64,000 nt of DNA, taken from IMG/VR virus record IMGVR_UViG_3300047170_000110, one strand, 5' to 3'. How positions within the stretch are numbered: the stretch's first letter is position 1; each line of letters begins with the position of its first letter. The notes beneath the pieces are model-generated. The model searched no databases. It had not been told where the DNA came from and saw nothing but the letters and a program-made list of their open reading frames with translations. Source of the stretch: an uncultured virus (IMG/VR IMGVR_UViG_3300047170_000110). Lineage: Duplodnaviria; Heunggongvirae; Uroviricota; Caudoviricetes. Below are positions 57,587 to 64,000 of the stretch, piece after piece. The translations under genes were made by a program, and so were the position numbers.

Positions 57587-58833
57587 CTAACTTCTAGTGA
57601 TCGTTTTCTCGGGCAGCGGTTTGACGAGCACGAGGTGCATGCCGGGTTTCTCGGGAACTTTCGGGAAGCGGTTGAAGGTTCGGCGGTAGAGGAGGATTCC
57701 GAGCCACGCGAAGAGCGCGAGGATCCGGACGATCGATCGTAGCGTCGCGGGGATGAGCGTGATGATGATCCCCCAACAGACGATCGAAAAAAGGACGTAC
57801 TCATTCCGCGACATTGGGATCCTTTTTCAGAAGGTAGCGTCCGAGAGCCTGGAGGGGGAGTGCGGTGGAATACTCGAAGCTATCGACTGGGAAAATAGGA
57901 ATGTCTCTCCAGAAGAATTCTAACCGCTCCCGGTTTAGGGTTTTTTGAGGTTTCACGGTGAAGCCGGGGAAATTCTGACGGAAGGCGTCTCCCAGCTCCA
58001 CGTAGCCGGAGTGAGTGAATTGGAGGGTCAGGTAGTCGAGTACGGGAATCAGGAAGGCGCTCGGCGGATACATGCTCTGGCAACGCCGTTCGGTATCCGA
58101 TTCGTACAAGGCCTGCCAGATTCGTTCGATGTCGTCCGGGAAGATTCGGTTGAGGGTCAGCCCTCTCTGGGTTCGAATATGGATCGTGCGGCGTTCAGGG
58201 TACCGAAAGGGAATGGGATTGGAATCGGTCACGGATCATCTCCTGGGAGATCGGTTGGGTGAAATCTATCACCCCTAACTTTACCAATTCCTCATCCGTT
58301 GCGGTGAGTGCCTGGACCGTTCCGACCTGGTAGCGGGAAATTAGGAACCCCAAGTCCTTCATTCTCCGCTCCAGATGGTGGGTATAGCGGTCCCGAGCGA
58401 CCGACGATCGGACCCACAGCTCGCAAGACTTGTTACGGTCAGCCAGCTCCTCCGTGAGTTTCGCGACCTGCTTTTGGAGAGCCTCGGCTTTCTTGATGGC
58501 TGCGTCGTGCGCCCGCATCACATCGTCCTCGCGGCAGGTGATGAACCGTTCCTCGGAGACCCTCCAAAGCATCAATTGGTTCTCGTAGTTGGACCGGAGG
58601 CGTCTGCGTTCCTTACGCTCATGGTCGAGCGCGGCTTGGAGTTCAGAAGGCCGACAGGGGCGCTCCGGGTGGTCGTCTCCACAATTCGGGCAGATCCGGG
58701 CCTGGGTTTCCAAATGCCCCTCGTCATCGTCTGAGTGATTCATGCGGGGGGCTATACCACATCGCGCAAAATTAATTGAGATTAATCGCCCGCTCTGGTA
58801 GCTCCGAGCTATGGGATATTCGGACGAAGACAT
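57587..58833 (-). CDS. Three hypothetical genes (57587-57814 membrane, 57801-58232, 58195-~58743)
   Basis: Co-oriented overlapping ORFs. Confidence 0.55.
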
Positions 58834-59518
58834 TGTTGAAAAGCATCCGTCCTACGCGGTCGTGGAATTCTCCCGTTGCACGGGCGGCGGACGGAGATTT
58901 TTCGGAAGCTCAGTCCAATCGGACTCTTACATCCAACTTCGCATCCATCAAGCGGAGCGCAAGCACGGTTCAGGCTACGACCGGATTGGACGAACCGACC
59001 TGCTCCCGATCATCGAGGTGAGCTTTAGTCCGGCCCAGTTCGCCCAGCTGCTCACGACGATGAATGTCGGCGAGGGGACACCTGGCACGATCCAGTACCT
59101 GCATGGCAAGCGGGTCGAGCAGGTTCCGGAAGCGAAAACGGAAGCGGAGCGGTCCTACGAGCATTTGAAGAAGCAGCTCAAAGACCGGATGGCGGGTTTC
59201 ATGAAAAAGCGCGAGGAGATCCGGAAAATCCTGGAGGATAAGGCGACGATTGGCAAAGCGGACCGGAAGCAGCTCGCGGGCCTCCTCGATACGATCCTCA
59301 TGGAGATCAGCGACAACCTCCCGTTCTATTACCAGCTTGTAGAAGAGGGCGTAGTCAAGATGGTGTGTGAAGCGAAGGCCGAAGTGGATTCGTTCATCAC
59401 GGCCGTCGTCCATCGCACCGGATTGGAAGCGCTCCGGAGCCAATCGCCCCGGATCGAGTTCAACAAGGATTCCCATTTGGTGGAAGGTCGGGTGGATCCC
59501 ACCCCGGAGCAGAAATGA
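58811..59518 (+). CDS. Hypothetical phage protein
   Basis: HPSYAV..SR...FFGS...IEVSFSPAQFAQLLTTMNVGEGTPGTI. Confidence 0.75.
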   Translation: MGYSDEDIVEKHPSYAVVEFSRCTGGGRRFFGSSVQSDSYIQLRIHQAERKHGSGYDRIGRTDLLPIIEVSFSPAQFAQLLTTMNVGEGTPGTIQYLHGKRVEQVPEAKTEAERSYEHLKKQLKDRMAGFMKKREEIRKILEDKATIGKADRKQLAGLLDTILMEISDNLPFYYQLVEEGVVKMVCEAKAEVDSFITAVVHRTGLEALRSQSPRIEFNKDSHLVEGRVDPTPEQK

Positions 59519-60000
59519 AGGAGCGGACGTTAGCCGAAGCGCAGGCCTGGTTGAAAGAGCGGCAGGACAAGGGGGAGCACTGCCCTTGCTGCGGCCAGTT
59601 CTCGAAGATTTATAAACGGAAATTGAATAGCGCGATGGCCGCGACGCTCATTTTCGTCAACCGGTACTTCGCCCAGCATCCGGAAGCGGAGTGGCTGCAT
59701 GTCGAGCGCTACTTGAAGGGGATCCCGAAGATCCCGCCTTCCCTTCGCGGGGATTTCCCGAAGCTTCGGTACTGGAACCTGCTTGAAGCGCAAAGCGCGG
59801 AACGGGATGACGGGAACCCGCGAGTCGGCATGTACCGGATCACCGAGAAGGGGAAGCGTTTCGTTCGCGGGAAGGTCCAGGTCCCCAAGCAGGTGATCTT
59901 GTATAACCAGGGGGTCCTGGGGTTCAGCGAGGAGTCGCTCCATATCGTGGAAGCGCTCGGCGAGCACTTCGATTACGACGAAATGATGTATCGGACTTAG
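59515..60000 (+). CDS. Hypothetical winged-helix-like protein with CPCC knuckle
   Basis: CPCCGQ..YKRKL...KLRYWNLL...YRITEKG. Confidence 0.75.
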   Translation: MKERTLAEAQAWLKERQDKGEHCPCCGQFSKIYKRKLNSAMAATLIFVNRYFAQHPEAEWLHVERYLKGIPKIPPSLRGDFPKLRYWNLLEAQSAERDDGNPRVGMYRITEKGKRFVRGKVQVPKQVILYNQGVLGFSEESLHIVEALGEHFDYDEMMYRT

Positions 60001-60011
60001 GGAGGGATTTT

Positions 60012-61569
60012 ATGAGCGTGGACACTCGAACGATCCAGAGACTTCAGAACGAATTGAAAAAAGCGCAGGCCCAGCTCGGCACTGCCCGCAAGGATTTCGA
60101 GTGGATCGCTACCGAGTGGCCCCCGATGACACTTCAGCACGCGAAGATGCGGGCTCAGGAAGCTTTGGAGGACCTGGGCACAGTCCCGCCCGATACGTCG
60201 GATCTTGTCCTAAATAACGAAGCGGAATTGCGGGCTCATTTTGCAGCGAGCACGAAAGAAGAAGTCATTGAGGAAATGATTAATCTTTTGAATGCCGTGA
60301 AGAAGCTTGAGGAAGTCGGACCGCAGATGCTCCTCTCTGCGATCTCGGAGCTGAAGCTCGCGAAGTCCGAGATCCACCAGGTTTTGGAGGCAACGAAGCC
60401 CTGGGTATCCGGGAATCCGGATAGCTCCCGTCTGGATCTCTGCCACTTGAATGCCTGCTCGCTTCGGGCTTGGGGGATGGTGATCCGCGCGTTGGAGTTG
60501 CTCGAATGAAGGATCCAAAGAAGAACCCCTTGGAAGTTTTCTGGCCTGGGCATGAGGTGAGACCTTCAGGCGCGGGGTGGATGTGCAGCTGCCGCAGCTG
60601 GGGTTGGACGAAAGATCAGATCGAAGAGCACAGGCAGTACACGCAGACGAGTCCGGCTGAGAAAGCGGTGGATGCCGCTTGGGAACGGAACCAGAGGGAG
60701 TGGAGAGCATGATCGACATCCGGCCCGGTCAAGTCGTATTCGTAAAATCCTTCGGGGTGAGAAGCGAGCGGGTAAGGTTCAATTACAAAACCAAACGTAG
60801 CTGCGAGGAGATCTGCATCCTGCTGGGGACCTGGAAGGAGAAAGACCCCCTCCCTACTCCCAATCAGCTGACCTCCCTTCTGGGGGAGATCGGTTATTTT
60901 CCGGGCGACCTAATCACCCAGGTTTTTGGGGAAAAGGGATTCAAAAAGATGGAAGAGGCGTACCGGAAGAAGTATTTCGACGAAACTTCCACGTGAAGGA
61001 GCATCGGCCATGGTGATTGACATCTCAAAAAGTAAGGCCGTCTTCATTTGCCGAGAGTACGGTGCCGGGCGGATCTGGGGGATCCAGAAGTTGAATCGGC
61101 ATTTTTCGGTTTACTGCTATTGGTTTTCTATTGGTGCGACTTGGTGAGAGGAGAAAAGAAATGAGAGACAGAGGACGCGGGCGAGGTCCGGACGGAATTT
61201 CAGCCGAGCCGGGTGTGTTTTTAGGAATGCTAGTATTCGTCGGTATTTGCGCCGCCGCGCTTTTTGCGTTCGGTGCGATTTACCGGGCGTGTGCGTGAGA
61301 GGAGTGCAATGCTGACAGAGGAACAACGCCGAGAAAACTTCAGGAAGCTTTGGATTGATTTAGGTCCTAAAATGGCCGCTAAAAACGTAGGACGCGACAA
61401 AGAGGCGGAAGACCTGTTTATGCTGGGTTGGGCTTTGGGCGCTCAGGAGGGTGTTCAAATCGGCGTTGATGAGGCTGTTGCGATTACTCACGAAATTAGG
61501 TCTGGAAATGACGGTATTCGTCGATGCGGGGATTGTGAACAACCTCGCGGCCTTTGCGAGTGCAACTGA
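60012..61569 (+). CDS. Cluster of small hypothetical early-type genes (60012-60509, 60506-60712, 60709-60996, ~61011-61147, 61309-61569)
   Basis: GGAG RBSs and ATGA couplings. Confidence 0.6.
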
Positions 61570-61606
61570 GGATAGACCTGAAATTTCTACAAGACAGGAG
61601 ACTAAA

Positions 61607-62056
61607 ATGAGCTACCGGGATTACGACAAAACAGAAATCGTCGATTTCAAAACGCTAGAAGGCAAAATCCTCAAGAACATCGAAAACAAGGGCGACGAGT
61701 TGATTTTCACGACTACCGAGGGGGAGACTTATCGCCAAGTTTACTATGATGACTGCTGCGCAAGCTGTAGCATCGAAGAGATCCACGGCGACCTTGTCGA
61801 CCTGATCGGCTCACCCATTCTTATGGCCGAAGAGGTTTCCAATACTGCGCCTGATGCGGAGCTACAGGCAAAGCGGGATAAGGAAAAAGCCGACACGCTA
61901 GCCAAGGGGGAATACTACTCCGATTACCAATATGAGAGCGAAACGTGGACCTTTTACAAAGCCGCGACGATCAAAGGCTCAGTGACAATCCGCTGGTACG
62001 GCTCATCAAACGGCTACTACTCGGAGTCGCCTACTTTTGAGAAGTTTTGGGAATAG
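61607..62056 (+). CDS. Conserved small phage protein (DCC...WTFYK...WYGSSNGYYSE)
   Basis: AGGAG RBS before ATG 61607; recognisable motif. Confidence 0.8.
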   Translation: MSYRDYDKTEIVDFKTLEGKILKNIENKGDELIFTTTEGETYRQVYYDDCCASCSIEEIHGDLVDLIGSPILMAEEVSNTAPDAELQAKRDKEKADTLAKGEYYSDYQYESETWTFYKAATIKGSVTIRWYGSSNGYYSESPTFEKFWE

Positions 62057-62063
62057 TCCTGAG

Positions 62064-62590
62064 ATGACTGCGCCCCACCCTATTGTTCTAGTCCTGGCGG
62101 CGACAATGAAAGAGTTTGAACACCACGCAATGGTGAGGTTTGAGGAAGGCGCAGAAGGCGAGCTGAACAGATCGCGCGGGCGGGCGGTAATCGATGGGGT
62201 TGAGTATCAGTGGATTAAGGATCGAAACACCGTCAGAGGTCGAAGCGGCTTTGAGTTTGAGCGGTGGGGCCGGAGCTGGCTTCACCCAGAAGCGGAAGAA
62301 ATTGAACAAGAGATACGGGTTAGGCTTGGACGCTAGCCCGTGCGTCCCGGGTCTAAACCGTGACCAGTAAAGGGAAACTCATGTTGAATCAATACACGCA
62401 CTTCGATATTTGCCAGAATGAAAACTGCGAGCGCAAGTGGTGTGTGGATCGCAGAAATGCGAAATGCATAAAAGAGGACGGTTGTGAGATTGAAGCAAAG
62501 AGCAAAACCAATCGGTGCAAATGGTGCCACACTAAGTTTTTCTGCTCGGGTTACGGCGAGTGCCCTCTGCACGGGGACCATGGGCCATGA
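62064..62590 (+). CDS. Two small hypothetical genes (62064-62336; ~62381-62590 Cys-rich)
   Basis: Co-oriented ORFs. Confidence 0.5.
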
Positions 62591-63228
62591 GTGATCTGAG
62601 CCTAGCGGCAGAGCTTTTGACGGGGGAGGAGCAGGGGAACAACCTAAAGCTCTTTTACGCGAAATGGTACGACCAGTTCGATCCGTACACGCTACGCGTG
62701 TTTTGCCACTACTACGCCCGCTACGGTATCCCGACGATCGAGTTGATCGATTGGCTGAAGGAACAGATCGCGGGCCGTAGTGCGATCGAGATCGGAGCGG
62801 GATCCGGTGACTTAGGCTTCCACCTCAACATTCCGATGACGGACAACTACAATCAGGAAATGCCGGATGTAAAAAAATATTACGCGATCACCGGTCAACC
62901 GACGATCCGGTACGGGAAGGACGTGGAGAAGCTCGACGCGCTGGAAGCTCAGGCGAAGTACAAACCCCAGGTCATCATCGGCTCCTGGGTCACTCAGTGG
63001 ATCGATCCCAATCTTCCCCCACCTCCGGGGGGAGGGAACATGTATGGGATCAAGGAGCCCGAGCTGTTGGAGCGGCTGCCTCCCGGCGGCAGTTATATCC
63101 ATATCGGCGCGCATGGGATTCACGATTTCAAGAAGATCTTGGCGCTCCCTCACGAGACGTATGAACTTCCGTTTCTCCGCAGCCGCCGACCGGACAACGT
63201 CGTTTACGTCTGGAACAAACCCCTTTGA
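62587..63228 (+). CDS. SAM-dependent methyltransferase-like protein
   Basis: AIEIGAGSGDLG motif I; VEKLDALEA; IIGSW. Confidence 0.7.
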   Translation: MSDLSLAAELLTGEEQGNNLKLFYAKWYDQFDPYTLRVFCHYYARYGIPTIELIDWLKEQIAGRSAIEIGAGSGDLGFHLNIPMTDNYNQEMPDVKKYYAITGQPTIRYGKDVEKLDALEAQAKYKPQVIIGSWVTQWIDPNLPPPPGGGNMYGIKEPELLERLPPGGSYIHIGAHGIHDFKKILALPHETYELPFLRSRRPDNVVYVWNKPL

Positions 63229-63234
63229 TTCGAT

Positions 63235-63342
63235 GTGGTCGTTCGCCTAAAGGGTAAGGCACCTCCCGGCGGAGGAACGAGGGTGAAGTGGCGCTGAAGT
63301 AGCCCTCGTGGTGGAGAGTTCGAATCCCTCCCGATCACACCA
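63235..63342 (+). ncRNA. Atypical tRNA-like RNA (108 nt, CCA end, no canonical anticodon loop)
   Basis: GTGGTCG/CGATCAC acceptor stem + A-CCA; GCC/GGC D-arm with GG; GTTCGAATC T-loop; CCTCC-CGGC-GGAGG arm; ACGAGGG...CCCTCGT extra arm. Confidence 0.8.
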
Positions 63343-63372
63343 AAAACAAAGGGCCCCTTGCGGAGCCCTTTG
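63342..63372 (-). terminator. Rho-independent terminator of the tail-tube gene (possibly bidirectional)
   Basis: CAAAGGGC...GCCCTTTG hairpin followed by a T-run on the minus strand. Confidence 0.7.
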
Positions 63373-63407
63373 CCGAGGAGGTAAGTGGTGACAAAGCCGC
63401 TTACGCT

Positions 63408-63929
63408 TTACTGAACTCGAATGCGGGAGACGTAGGCCAGCTGACCGGTGATCTTGTGGATGTAGTTTCCATCCGCCGTCCACGCGTCGGGGTTCTTCGT
63501 CTTCAGCCAGCAACCCGAATATTGGTACACGCGGTACGGATCGGTGCCCTTGTACAGGAACTCTTGGATGACGAAAGGCCGCGTCTGGTCGGTCAGATCC
63601 TGGAACACGCTCGTGTAGCCGAGCGTGATTTCCAGCTCTTCATCCCACACTTCCGTGCGGGCGAAGCTGACCGTGAAGCCGGTGGCTTTGCCAGGGACGT
63701 AATCGACAGGCTTGCCGATGGTCACCTTGGACAATTCGTAAACGTGCTCGCCGTCCCGGTTGTAGGCGCCTTCCGGCTGCCAGGAGTTGATGCGGCCCAC
63801 GATATTCCCCGCCACGACCAGAGCGGCCCCGTGGTAGGTCATGGTCGTCGGGGCACCTGGATCGGTGAAATCCAGGGTGGCGCTTTGCACGCCGAAGGCA
63901 TTGGTGGCGAATGGACTTGGATTCGGCAT
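63408..63929 (-). CDS. Tail tube protein (contractile-tail type)
   Basis: VGRINSW...HVYEL...YVPG...LTDQTRPFVIQE...YSGCW; AAGGAG RBS; class-L motif 63954-63966. Confidence 0.75.
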   Translation of the reverse strand: MPNPSPFATNAFGVQSATLDFTDPGAPTTMTYHGAALVVAGNIVGRINSWQPEGAYNRDGEHVYELSKVTIGKPVDYVPGKATGFTVSFARTEVWDEELEITLGYTSVFQDLTDQTRPFVIQEFLYKGTDPYRVYQYSGCWLKTKNPDAWTADGNYIHKITGQLAYVSRIRVQ

Positions 63930-64000
63930 GGGGTGTCTCCTTGAACTCTCTGATTAAAAATAACCTGGGTTTACGAGCTAGGCGGCATTCCCTGACCCAC

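Noticed and set aside
63235..63342. tRNA-Sec, tmRNA or an intron-containing tRNA as the identity of the atypical RNA
   Set aside because: No UCA anticodon, too short for tmRNA with no tag ORF or G3:U70, and removing a single segment did not restore a canonical 7-nt loop by eye

Overview
The window is a 64-kb segment of a GC-rich jumbo (huge) tailed-phage genome in standard genetic code 11. Head and packaging genes (large terminase, portal, putative prohead protease, tail tube, neck-like proteins) are scattered among replication and recombination genes (DnaB-like helicase, primase, clamp loader, probable sliding clamp, SbcD/Mre11, RuvC-like). It also carries a sigma-70-family factor, HNH endonucleases, a PAPS-reductase-like enzyme, two canonical tRNAs and four very long Gly-X-Thr collagen-like fibre genes. 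Main findings: (1) Five dispersed genes, one of them missed by the ORF track at 1..727, share a short peptide tag, [YF]P[AST]L[AS]x[VA]Lx(x)A. The tag sits in front of unrelated modules (GNAT, ART-like, and other small phage domains), the genes have a common late-type promoter, and one lies directly behind the putative head protease. This suggests tag-addressed, protease-processed cargo polyproteins packaged in the virion. (2) A 108-nt CCA-ending tRNA-like RNA lacks a normal anticodon loop and has a very long extra arm. (3) Two phage-specific promoter-like motifs mostly sit at a spacing that implies leaderless mRNAs. (4) A duplicated two-gene collagen-fibre cassette co-occurs with a MTase-GT2-TPR-GT9 fusion, suggesting glycosylated fibres. 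All family calls come from motifs read by eye; no database search was run.
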